Shown here in pieces: positions 38,469 through 47,128 of a DNA stretch of 64,000 nt. The DNA is from an uncultured Thalassospiraceae bacterium. GTDB lineage: Bacteria; Pseudomonadota; Alphaproteobacteria; Rhodospirillales; JAPHRK01. Where the stretch lies: positions 133,474 to 197,473 of the forward strand of contig CBDULT010000003.1 in the NCBI GenBank assembly GCA_965368165.1. The letters are read 5' to 3'. How positions within the stretch are numbered: the first letter of the stretch is position 1; every line of letters begins with the position of its first letter. A program made the translations under genes and the position numbers. The notes under the pieces were generated by a model. The model ran no database searches and had not been told where the DNA came from. It saw only the letters and a list, made by a program, of their open reading frames with translations.

Positions 38469-39467
38469 TTAGGCTCCTAAGAAACTCTTGTTGCGCTGAT
38501 CCCAAAGAGTTTTGGCTTTTGCCTCGGCTTCGTCAATAGAAGATGCTTTGCCCATGAGTTTTAAAACAACCGCCGTGGTGCCGATTACAGCAGCCTCGCC
38601 ATAAATTTCGGTACTTTCTCCGCGCCACAAAGTTGTCAGCCTGGAAGTATCCATAACTTCATCATGGGCCGCATCAGCCCCATCCATCATAGGCGGCCAT
38701 TCTTCATCAGTCATTTCGCCATTATGCAAAGATTGGATCATCACGGACTTATGGGGACGACGTTCAGCTTCACCACCTTCGCCTTTAAAAACGGCAAGGT
38801 GCGGTTGTCCGGTCATGTCTGCGCCGACGCGATGGACATCTTTGTAATTGGGGTGAAAAATCCCCTGAATTTCGTGTGTCGCCCCAAAGGGGTTGAGCAT
38901 ACGGGCGAAGGTATTAATCGGAGACCGCAAGCCAAGAATAGCCTTAAGGTCCATCAGTTCAGACAGGCGAGGGCTAAGCTGCTCTAAAGCCATAAAGGCA
39001 AAGTTATCTTTTGCTAAATAGGAAGCCGCATCAGCAATACTTTTTGCGGGCAGAATTCCAAACCCTTCGAGAATCTGTTTGGCGTAAACCCGTCCATCTG
39101 TATGACCATCTGCCCCATGCATGAAGACCCGTGTGCCATTTTGAGAAAGCAAAAGGGCTGAAAGGATATACCAAGGAAGTTGTCGCTTTTTCCCGGCATA
39201 AGTCGGCCAATCTAAATCTACTTGTGGGGCATTATCTGGCAGGATAAAGGTTTTGCGAACGGCATCCAGAAAGCCAGCAGCTTCTTCGGGTTCTTCGGTT
39301 CTTACCCGCAATAAACAAAGGAACGCCCCGAGTTGAACGGGCTCTACATTGCCTTCCATGATAAGGTCGAAAGCCTCAGCGGTTTCTTCTCGGGTGAGAG
39401 GACGTGAGAGGCGGGGGCCCTTACCGATGATACGAATAAATTGAGCAAAAGGGTGTTCTGTTGACAT
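38469..39467 (-). CDS. Glycosyl transferase family 3 protein (TrpD2/YbiB-like)
   Basis: N-terminal helical domain (LTREETAEAFDLIMEGNVEPVQLGAFLCLLRV) and a TrpD-like core (RSPINTFARMLNP). The phosphoribosyl-anthranilate motifs look incomplete. Confidence 0.7.
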   Translation of the reverse strand: MSTEHPFAQFIRIIGKGPRLSRPLTREETAEAFDLIMEGNVEPVQLGAFLCLLRVRTEEPEEAAGFLDAVRKTFILPDNAPQVDLDWPTYAGKKRQLPWYILSALLLSQNGTRVFMHGADGHTDGRVYAKQILEGFGILPAKSIADAASYLAKDNFAFMALEQLSPRLSELMDLKAILGLRSPINTFARMLNPFGATHEIQGIFHPNYKDVHRVGADMTGQPHLAVFKGEGGEAERRPHKSVMIQSLHNGEMTDEEWPPMMDGADAAHDEVMDTSRLTTLWRGESTEIYGEAAVIGTTAVVLKLMGKASSIDEAEAKAKTLWDQRNKSFLGA

Positions 39468-39553
39468 GCCGTTGAAGTCCTTATTGGAAATATTACAATG
39501 GTTCTAAATCAAGCCAATGGGCATTTCAAAGACCCAATTCTATTTGAGGTGAA

Positions 39554-41674
39554 TTACTTGAAGCCACGCTTTGCGAGAGCAGCAAAGCAATCATCGATAT
39601 GTTGGTCGATTTCTAGGGCTAATGCCAGAGCTTCCCCCCCCTTATCCGTGCGGCAGAGGGCTACAATATTACGGGCAAAGTTAGAGACACCTATAACTCC
39701 CATATTTCCCGCAGCCCCTTGTAAACTATGGCACTCCTTTTCTAAAAGAGGAATGTCATTGGCTTCAACAGCCCGTTTAATCTCTCTTTGCCTGAGCTGC
39801 GAATCTTCAACAAATGATGTCATCAAATCTGAAAGAACGGTATTGCCTAGTGCTTGTCTTAATTCATCCAAAGTTTGATTGTTAATTTGAGCCCCAACGG
39901 GAATATCTGCTTTTTTTGTTAAGCGAGGTGGTTCAGCCGATGCGGAGTTTGGACCGCTGGAAGTCCATTGCTTCAGGATGCTATCCAGGGTTTCGCGCTT
40001 TATGGGCTTGGCAAGGCAATCGGTTGCCCCTTGCTCTTTGAATTTTTTAAAATCTTCAGGAGAAGCATGTCCTGTGACAGCAATGATAACAATGTCTTTT
40101 TCGTTCCCTTGGAGGGCGCGAATTGATTTGGTTGCTTCGATGCCATCCATTCTAGGCATCTCAACATCCATAAGGACGGCTGCATAAGCTTTGTTTTGGA
40201 CAGCATTGAGAGCTTCTAGACCGTCAGCAACGGTTTCTGAATCGTAGCCTATTGAACTCAAAAGACCCTGGGCGACCTTGCGATTGATGTCGTTGTCATC
40301 AGCAACAAGAATGAGCTTTTCTGATGATAGCGGCATTTCTTTTGAGGTTGGGACCGCTTTTGGTTTTTGAGCGGCTTCTTCGGGAACCGTGAAGGGAATC
40401 GTTACCCAGAATGAGCTTCCTTTGCCAAGTTCACTTGTAAATCCAATTTCACCTTTGAGAAGCTCAACAAGCTTTTGGCACAAAGTAAGGCCTATTCCCA
40501 TGCCGCCATACTGCCGAGACACGGATGAATCCCCTTGGGTGAAAGCGGAAAATAGGTTGTTGGCTATTTCCGGCTTAATCCCAATGCCCGTATCAGTGAC
40601 TTCAAGTTTTAAGGTAATAAGGTTCCGTGTTCTGAGCATCTGAGAAATACGGATATCTACATGACCTTTCTCGGTAAATTTAAGGGCATTACTGAGTAGG
40701 TTTTTCAGAATTTTACGAAAACTTTCGCTATCACCAATGAATGTACTAGGGAGTTGTGGGTCAATGTTATAGTTAAGAGGGAGGTTCTTTTGCGTTGCAC
40801 GATCTCGCAGGAAAAGAAGTGTAGCCTCAATGACATCGGTAAGTTCGAATTTTTCTGACTGAACCTTCACTTTGCCGAATTCTAAATCAGAAAAAGTAAG
40901 AATTTCATTGATCTCAATCTGAAGAGCCAGAGCTGATTCCTGGATGGATTTGGCAAAGTTTTTCTGAGATTGGTCTAATTCACTTTGCAAGAGGAGCTCG
41001 GTCATACCAATCACCCCGTTCATTGGGGTGCGCAACTCGTGGCTAACAGCAGACATAAACTCAGATTTAGCTTGGTTTGCATGCTCGGCTATTTGTAAAG
41101 CTTTCGTCAGCTCCGCTTCTTTGTTTTTAATTTCAGAAATGTCACGAATGGAAAGGGTGAAGCCGATTTCCCCGATAGAGTCACAGCGAATCTCAACGAC
41201 TTGCCCGTTTGGGCGAAAATGATCTAACTGAACGGGATAATCTATCGCAGAACGAATTGAAGTGAGAAGTTTTTCTGAATAATCGTCTGTGTCAAACTCA
41301 CCTGCTTGGCCGAGATAAGTAAGCTGCTCATTTAAGGAAACACCAGGTTCGACTAACTCTGAGGGGAGGTTCAGGCTTTCCTGAAGTGCTTTGTTGCAGA
41401 GTATAAGGTTTTCATTTTGATCGAAAAGGGCGAAGCCGGGGTTAAGGGCATTGAAGGCAGTTTTGAGAGTTTGAGAGTTGATTTCGTTTTCTAAAGCAGT
41501 CGAAAGTTGCTTGGAGTGGTTGCTGAAAAGGCTGTCAATAGCCTCCATTATTTCCATAATGGTTTCAGTCGCAGGACCAGAGCTGCCTTCGATAAGTTTC
41601 GAAAGCCCTTCAAAAATAACGAGTTTGGAGGTATCGAGCTCCTCTGCGATTTCTTTTAGAGTCTTAGTACTCAC
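39554..41674 (-). CDS. Hybrid sensor histidine kinase (PAS-HisKA-HATPase-REC-HPt)
   Basis: H-box MSAVSHELRTPMNG, G-box GGMGIGLTLC, REC (ILVADDNDINR...LMDVEMPRMDG), and a C-terminal HPt with HSLQGAAGNMG. Confidence 0.9.
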   Translation of the reverse strand: MSTKTLKEIAEELDTSKLVIFEGLSKLIEGSSGPATETIMEIMEAIDSLFSNHSKQLSTALENEINSQTLKTAFNALNPGFALFDQNENLILCNKALQESLNLPSELVEPGVSLNEQLTYLGQAGEFDTDDYSEKLLTSIRSAIDYPVQLDHFRPNGQVVEIRCDSIGEIGFTLSIRDISEIKNKEAELTKALQIAEHANQAKSEFMSAVSHELRTPMNGVIGMTELLLQSELDQSQKNFAKSIQESALALQIEINEILTFSDLEFGKVKVQSEKFELTDVIEATLLFLRDRATQKNLPLNYNIDPQLPSTFIGDSESFRKILKNLLSNALKFTEKGHVDIRISQMLRTRNLITLKLEVTDTGIGIKPEIANNLFSAFTQGDSSVSRQYGGMGIGLTLCQKLVELLKGEIGFTSELGKGSSFWVTIPFTVPEEAAQKPKAVPTSKEMPLSSEKLILVADDNDINRKVAQGLLSSIGYDSETVADGLEALNAVQNKAYAAVLMDVEMPRMDGIEATKSIRALQGNEKDIVIIAVTGHASPEDFKKFKEQGATDCLAKPIKRETLDSILKQWTSSGPNSASAEPPRLTKKADIPVGAQINNQTLDELRQALGNTVLSDLMTSFVEDSQLRQREIKRAVEANDIPLLEKECHSLQGAAGNMGVIGVSNFARNIVALCRTDKGGEALALALEIDQHIDDCFAALAKRGFK

Positions 41675-41847
41675 TAATTTTTCCCACTATCGTCACCCCT
41701 ACCCATCCCGCTAGGGATAAAGTTATGTAACATCTTGTACCATAACAGTAATTGGAAATATACATTCTAAAAATATAGAAAAGGTTACCTGCTTGAGCGA
41801 TGGTTCCTTGACCAACCTCATATTTCCTCCTAAAGGCGAGTGATAGT

Positions 41848-42939
41848 TTGCCCAGCCTTATTAAAAACGAGTGTTTTGTTAGAATGTCTGCAAGTTCCGC
41901 TTTAAATGTGATGCAACGCCGACACAACATAATAGCCTTATGGCTTTTGTTGGTTTGCCTAATGGTCTTTGCCATGATTGTCCTCGGAGGTGTGACTCGG
42001 TTGACCCAGTCTGGGTTGTCTATGGTCAATTGGCATCCGGTCACGGGGTGGTTCCCTCCTTTAAATGAAGCCGATTGGCAATCAGAATTTGCAAATTATC
42101 AACAATACCCTGAATTCCATAAAAAGAATTTTGATATGGATTTGCAAGGGTTCAAGTCAATTTTTTGGTTTGAATTCCTTCACCGTTTGTGGGGTCGAAC
42201 AATTGGGATCGCCTATTTTGTCCCGATGGTTTTTTTCTTCACGATGGGATGGGTTCAGGGTGGTTTAAGGTTAAAGCTTGTGATTGGATTCGTCCTTGGG
42301 GGACTTCAGGGCGTTTTGGGTTGGTACATGGTAAAGAGTGGGTTGGTTGATAATCCTGATGTTAGCCAATATCGGCTAACGGCTCACTTGGGAGCGGCCT
42401 TGATAATTATAAGCTATCTCCTTTGGTTGGCACTTGGTCTTTTGCATCCCAAACGAAATCAACCTAAAAAATCTTTTGGAAAATTATCAAGGCATGCGTT
42501 TTTTGCCACTTCGTGGGCTTTTATTACCCTTTTGTCAGGTGGTTTTGTCGCTGGGTTGGATGCGGGGTTAACCTATAACACTTTCCCTTTGATGGATGGG
42601 CAGTTGGTTCCCGATGGGCTCTTTCAAATGGAGCCAGTATTTATTAATTTTTTTGAAAATATAACAACAGTACAATTTGATCACCGTCTGCTTGCCGAGT
42701 CCTTGTTTGTTATCATTGTTTATCTTTGGTGGCGGGCGAGGGAGCTGGATATTCCTCAGCGGGGACGGTTGGCACTTAATTTACTTTTTGCCATGATTTG
42801 GATTCAGGTTGGGTTAGGTATTACCACCCTGCTGTTGGTGGTTCCGGTTTCTATCGCCGCCATTCACCAGGCTGGGGCAGTGATTGTCCTCAGTTTGGCT
42901 ATTTGGGTTACTCATGAAGCCAAGAACGCCAACTCCTAA
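41848..42939 (+). CDS. ctaA: Heme A synthase (COX15/CtaA)
   Basis: Eight TM helices with conserved His in LHR and DHR motifs (FEFLHRLWGR, QFDHRLLA). TTG start in the track; the ATG at 41884 (MSASSAL) is an alternative. Confidence 0.85.
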   Translation: MPSLIKNECFVRMSASSALNVMQRRHNIIALWLLLVCLMVFAMIVLGGVTRLTQSGLSMVNWHPVTGWFPPLNEADWQSEFANYQQYPEFHKKNFDMDLQGFKSIFWFEFLHRLWGRTIGIAYFVPMVFFFTMGWVQGGLRLKLVIGFVLGGLQGVLGWYMVKSGLVDNPDVSQYRLTAHLGAALIIISYLLWLALGLLHPKRNQPKKSFGKLSRHAFFATSWAFITLLSGGFVAGLDAGLTYNTFPLMDGQLVPDGLFQMEPVFINFFENITTVQFDHRLLAESLFVIIVYLWWRARELDIPQRGRLALNLLFAMIWIQVGLGITTLLLVVPVSIAAIHQAGAVIVLSLAIWVTHEAKNANS

Positions 42940-42971
42940 TAATTAAAGATGTTTGGAAATAAGGTTTAACT

Positions 42972-43160
42972 ATGGATTTATTTTATTTTACCGCTGCAGG
43001 AATCGTCTCCTGGGTTGTTGCTGATGCCCTGTTAGACCGAATCGAAACCATGAGGGGGAAGCGTTTTACCCATCGAAGCGTCATTTTCTTCGGATTGATC
43101 CTGGTAACACTGCTTATTGTCTTCGAAGGAAGTAAATACATCCTTGGGGCAAAAACCTAA
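42972..43160 (+). CDS. Small two-TM hypothetical membrane protein
   Basis: 62 aa with two hydrophobic helices, lying 32 nt downstream of ctaA. Confidence 0.4.
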   Translation: MDLFYFTAAGIVSWVVADALLDRIETMRGKRFTHRSVIFFGLILVTLLIVFEGSKYILGAKT

Positions 43161-43177
43161 GCGTTTACTTTATTAAG

Positions 43178-43191
43178 TTGATTTAACTCAA
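43178..43191. promoter_or_regulatory. FNR/Dnr-type box, one mismatch (TTGATttaaCTCAA)
   Basis: Matches TTGAT-N4-ATCAA except for one base. It lies upstream of the HCO operon, but about 360 nt from the first ORF. Confidence 0.4.
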
Positions 43192-43552
43192 GGGTATGAA
43201 ATTAAACCAATTTTACCTGAGAGGTTACCCGAAAAAATAAGTGAAACTTTGGTTCGATGATGGCTAATTCTTGACGAAGGTTAAGGCTATTTTTGGACCA
43301 AAATGGTCTTTTGTGTTAAATCACGCAGTCGAATGCGTCTTTTTTCGTGGAAATATGGCGAAAAAAAGGCCATGGTGTGCGAGGATTGAATTAATCCGGC
43401 GGTAGGATTGTTGAGGGACCATTTTGCGGTTGCGCCCTAGGGGGGGCAATTTCCGCGCAACCCGAAGCATAATTTCCGCTTTAGTTTTTTTTGTTGGTGA
43501 GTCTCCCCCGTGAGATGAGCCAATTCATTTTGGGATTTGAGGGAGGTTCTTT

Positions 43553-43711
43553 ATGACCGAACCCAATAACACTGAGGACGGCCCTGTTCCGTTCATGCAA
43601 CAGCTTTTGGATAATCCATTTTTGCTGCTGTTCGTAGGCGTCGCATTACCGTCGGTTCTTTACACAATCTGGGGAATCGTGGACGTAATGTCGATTCCTG
43701 TTGGTCAATAA
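43553..43711 (+). CDS. Unlisted 52-aa single-TM ORF preceding HCO subunit II
   Basis: ATG preceded by GGGAGG at -12 to -7. Reads MTEPNNTEDGPVPFMQQLLDNPFLLLFVGVALPSVLYTIWGIVDVMSIPVGQ*. It ends 18 nt before subunit II and is below the ORF-track size cutoff. Confidence 0.45.
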   Translation: MTEPNNTEDGPVPFMQQLLDNPFLLLFVGVALPSVLYTIWGIVDVMSIPVGQ

Positions 43712-43729
43712 GGGATAGGAGATCGCACT

Positions 43730-44266
43730 ATGGCTATTTTCCCCCCACCACAAAAAATTTGGTGGAATGAGCCGGTAGAGAGAACTGAAGCTCTCTGGAT
43801 CGGTATCGCCCTTATTTGGGCGATGATCTTGTTCTTCATGATGCCTTATTGGCACATTGTTGGGCAACAAAACCTTTCAAATGAAGCTTACAAGGTTAGC
43901 CCTGAAGCTTTTGTTGAAAAAGTTGATGCTTATGTTGCTGCGAATACTATTCGCGAAGAAGGTGACACTGGCATTCCTGTTGTAAAAGCAACTGACAGCG
44001 GCGACGTTTATATGCTTGGTCGTCTATGGGAATGGTTCCCGATTCTTGAGCTTGAAAAAGGCAAAAGCTATCGTTTCCATCTTTCCTCTGCTGACTGGCT
44101 GCATGGTTGGTCACTTCAGCCTACCAACATCAATATTCAGGTTCACCCTGGCTATGAGATGATCTTTAACGTAACGCCAACCGAAACCGGTGAATTCGGC
44201 GTTGTTTGTAATGAATTTTGTGGAGTTGGTCACCATACCATGCTCGGCAAAATTTATGTGAAATAA
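43730..44266 (+). CDS. Heme-copper oxidase subunit II with intact CuA site
   Basis: One N-terminal TM helix and a cupredoxin domain. CuA ligands are H125 (DWLHGW) and C160-NEF-C164-GVG-H168-HT-M171. Confidence 0.85.
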   Translation: MAIFPPPQKIWWNEPVERTEALWIGIALIWAMILFFMMPYWHIVGQQNLSNEAYKVSPEAFVEKVDAYVAANTIREEGDTGIPVVKATDSGDVYMLGRLWEWFPILELEKGKSYRFHLSSADWLHGWSLQPTNINIQVHPGYEMIFNVTPTETGEFGVVCNEFCGVGHHTMLGKIYVK

Positions 44267-44279
44267 GGGGGCATTAACA

Positions 44280-45962
44280 ATGGCTGCGACTCACGAATAT
44301 CGCACATGTCCTGACACTGGATTCAAAATTGATCTTAATGCTGATAAGCTGATCAAATGGAATGCCGTGTCAGCTGTAGTGTTCTTGCTCGTTGGTGGTC
44401 TTTTTGGCCTCCTGGTAGCTCTAACACGCTGGCCTACAGTACACTTACTGGACGCTGAACTTTTCTATCTGGCTCTGACTGCACACGGTGTGGACATCCT
44501 TTTGGTATGGCTGATCTTCTTTGAAATGGCCCTGCTTTACTTCTGCTCTAGCGTTCTCCTGCAATGCCGTGTAGCCACACCAAAACTCGGTTGGCTTGCT
44601 TACTGGCTGATGCTTGGTGGTGCTGTAATGGGTAACGTTGCCGTTCTGATGGGCGAATCCAGCGTTATGTTCACCTCTTACGTGCCGATGAAGGCTTCTC
44701 CCTTGTTCTACTTGGGTCTGATCCTTTTCGCCGTTGGTGCACTTATCGTTTGTTTCATCTTCTTCGGCACTTTGGTTATTGCTAAGAAAGAAAAAACCTT
44801 CGAGGGTTCAATTCCTCTGGTGACCTATGGTGCCATGGTTGCAGCTATTATCGCTGTTTACACCATCGTATCTGGTGCTGTGATCCTGATCCCGACCCTT
44901 GCTTGGTCATTAGGTTTTATTCCTTACATTGATACCCTGCTCTATAAGGTTATCTGGTGGGGACTTGGTCACTCTTCTCAACAGGTTAATGTTTCCGCTC
45001 AAATCTCTTGCTGGTACGCTGTTGCCGCAGTCGTTTTTGGTGCGAAGCCAATTTCCGAGAAGGTTTGCCGTACGGCCTTCCTCATGTACATCTTGTTCCT
45101 GCAGTTAGCTTCTGCTCACCACCTTCTGGTGGATCCAGGCCTGACTTCAGAATACAAGATCTTCAACACCTCTTACGCTTTCTACCTCGCTGTATTCGGT
45201 TCCATGATGCATGGTTTGACCGTTCCTGGCGCGATGGAATTGGCGCAGCGCCGCAAGGGCTACACCAAAGGGCTGTTTGAGTGGCTGAGGAAAGCTCCTT
45301 GGGGTAATCCTGCATTCTCAGGTACTTTCCTGTCGATCGTTATCTTTGGCTTCCTCGGTGGTATCACCGGCGTTGTTATGGGTACCGAGCAGTTGAACCT
45401 GATCATGCACAACACCATCTATGTACCGGGTCACTTCCACGCTACGACAGCTGGTGGTACCACATTGGCATTCATGGCTCTGTCTTACTGGTTGGTTCCA
45501 ACCTTATGGCAACGTGAGCTTTGGGCACCGGGTCTGGCTAAACTTCAGCCTTACCTGTTCGGTATCGGTGTTTCCGGTATTGCTCTGTTCCAAATGGGTG
45601 CTGGTACCTTGGGTGTTTCCCGTCGTCACTGGGATATGACCTTTGCTGATGCTGCTTTGACCTATGACTATCCAGCTGCGGCTCACCTTATGATGGCTCT
45701 TAATGGCGTGTTCGCTATTATCGCTGCTATCGGTGGTGGTCTCTTCTGTATCCAAATGGTCCTTACCATTCTTGGTAAGAAAAAACCAGCTCCTGCAGAA
45801 GCTCCTGCTGCACCAGCTGCCGAAGCTCTGACTGGTCACGGTCATGGCGCAGGTCTTGCTGTACCAGGAACCTTTGTTTTGGCTCTGATCTTCTTGACCA
45901 CTTTCGTTCTCTACTATTTCGTGAACTGGAAGTATCTGTCAGAAGTCTGGATCCTCAGCTAA
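44280..45962 (+). CDS. Heme-copper oxidase superfamily subunit I, B-family-like, lacking the cross-linked Tyr (candidate NO reductase)
   Basis: Six canonical His: H69, H231, H280/H281, H385/H387. The motif is GH231-SSQ-Q235 where A/B oxidases have H-x3-Y. An extra C-terminal helix follows a Pro/Ala linker. Confidence 0.9.
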   Translation: MAATHEYRTCPDTGFKIDLNADKLIKWNAVSAVVFLLVGGLFGLLVALTRWPTVHLLDAELFYLALTAHGVDILLVWLIFFEMALLYFCSSVLLQCRVATPKLGWLAYWLMLGGAVMGNVAVLMGESSVMFTSYVPMKASPLFYLGLILFAVGALIVCFIFFGTLVIAKKEKTFEGSIPLVTYGAMVAAIIAVYTIVSGAVILIPTLAWSLGFIPYIDTLLYKVIWWGLGHSSQQVNVSAQISCWYAVAAVVFGAKPISEKVCRTAFLMYILFLQLASAHHLLVDPGLTSEYKIFNTSYAFYLAVFGSMMHGLTVPGAMELAQRRKGYTKGLFEWLRKAPWGNPAFSGTFLSIVIFGFLGGITGVVMGTEQLNLIMHNTIYVPGHFHATTAGGTTLAFMALSYWLVPTLWQRELWAPGLAKLQPYLFGIGVSGIALFQMGAGTLGVSRRHWDMTFADAALTYDYPAAAHLMMALNGVFAIIAAIGGGLFCIQMVLTILGKKKPAPAEAPAAPAAEALTGHGHGAGLAVPGTFVLALIFLTTFVLYYFVNWKYLSEVWILS

Positions 45963-46016
45963 AGGCTGCGGTGAAGGTAATCTGTTAAAACGATTGCCGA
46001 GTTAACTTTTTAGGGG

Positions 46017-46057
46017 GGGCGCCTTTCCGGTCACGGAAGGGCGCCCTTCTTTTTTTC
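46017..46057 (+). terminator. Rho-independent terminator after HCO subunit I
   Basis: 13-bp GC-rich stem (46017-46029 / 46034-46046, one G-U pair), 4-nt loop, then TTCTTTTTTT. Confidence 0.7.
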
Positions 46058-46094
46058 TATAAGGGAAAATTTATTCCACGTGGGTTTGTTTTAG

Positions 46095-46108
46095 TTGACC
46101 TAGAACAA
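46095..46108. promoter_or_regulatory. FNR/Dnr-type box, one mismatch (TTGACctagAACAA)
   Basis: Lies just upstream of the SCO1 gene. The spacing implies a very short leader or use of the internal Met (MTKT, 46159). Confidence 0.35.
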
Positions 46109-46134
46109 TCCAAAGTGAGATTTGAAAACCTAAG

Positions 46135-47022
46135 ATGCTGAGCATGTTGATATCAAAAATGACCAAAACTTTGTTGAGTTTTTTTACGGCTCTTTTCGCC
46201 CTTGTGGTAATGATGGGGAACCTGTCTTTAGCGGCTCCAAGTGCTGTTATTGATGCTTGGCCTCCTAACGCCAAAGATATGGATCAAAAGGCCGCGTTTA
46301 AATATAGCCAAAGCGCGCTGAAGCACGTGATCAGAGACGCAAAATTTACGGATCAAAATGGCAACCCGGTTTCATTGGCTGATTTCAGGGGGAAACCCTT
46401 GGTCGTAAGCTTTATCTATACAAGCTGTGTTTCCGTTTGTGTCACCATTACTGATAGCCTGTTACATTCTCTAGATGTGGCGAACGAAACCTTTGGTGAA
46501 GATCAATTTAATATTCTAACCATTGGCTTTGATACCAGTTTTGACACGCCTGAAAGTATGAAAAAGTTTGCCGAAAGGCAGGATGCGGGAGCAAAAAACT
46601 GGATGTTTTTGAGCGGTGATATCCTCAATGTTTCCCAGCTTTCCGATGACTTGGGGTTCTTCTTCTATCGGACCCCAGAGGGGTTTGACCACCTGGCTCA
46701 AGTTACCGTGATTAATAAAGTTGGTAAGGTTTATAAACAGGTTTACGGTGAATCCTTTGATACGCCTCACCTTATTGAGCCCCTCAAGGATATTATTTAT
46801 CATACGGAAAAGTCGATTTTTACGGCCGAAGGGCTCTACAAGAAACTGCAGTTCTACTGCACTGTGTATGACCCGGAGACCGATAGATATAAGTTTGACT
46901 ATTCCTATTTTATCAGCTTATTTGCGGGAGTTACCGTGATGATAGTTCCTGCTTGGGTGCTGTTCAGAACCGTGCGAAGAACTCGAAGTGAGCGGAACGC
47001 ACGAAAAGCAAAATTAGTTTGA
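46135..47022 (+). CDS. SCO1/SenC copper chaperone with extra C-terminal segment and second TM helix
   Basis: N-terminal anchor and thioredoxin-fold CxxxC (SFIYTSCVSVCVT) with a downstream His (FDHLAQV). The C-terminal YCTVYDPETDRYKFDYS is followed by a TM helix. Confidence 0.8.
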   Translation: MLSMLISKMTKTLLSFFTALFALVVMMGNLSLAAPSAVIDAWPPNAKDMDQKAAFKYSQSALKHVIRDAKFTDQNGNPVSLADFRGKPLVVSFIYTSCVSVCVTITDSLLHSLDVANETFGEDQFNILTIGFDTSFDTPESMKKFAERQDAGAKNWMFLSGDILNVSQLSDDLGFFFYRTPEGFDHLAQVTVINKVGKVYKQVYGESFDTPHLIEPLKDIIYHTEKSIFTAEGLYKKLQFYCTVYDPETDRYKFDYSYFISLFAGVTVMIVPAWVLFRTVRRTRSERNARKAKLV

Positions 47023-47128
47023 CGATGGTCAAGGCGTCAAAGCCGCTCTAAACATATAGAACTGCTAATATTCAATACGAGTTTAAGGCCATTGGTCTTA
47101 TTGAAAATAATTCGAAAGGTTTCGTAAA

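Noticed and set aside
41664-42044. 126-aa minus-strand ORF spanning the kinase-ctaA intergenic region and the ctaA 5' end.
   Set aside because: It overlaps the well-supported ctaA start region and promoter, and its product has no features.
44280-45962. Reading the oxidase simply as an aerobic ba3-type cytochrome c oxidase.
   Set aside because: This is not fully excluded, but it is disfavoured. The Tyr that all A/B-type O2 reductases need at H+4 is Gln, and the genomic context is nirS, Dnr regulators and FNR boxes. It is kept as the alternative hypothesis in the finding.
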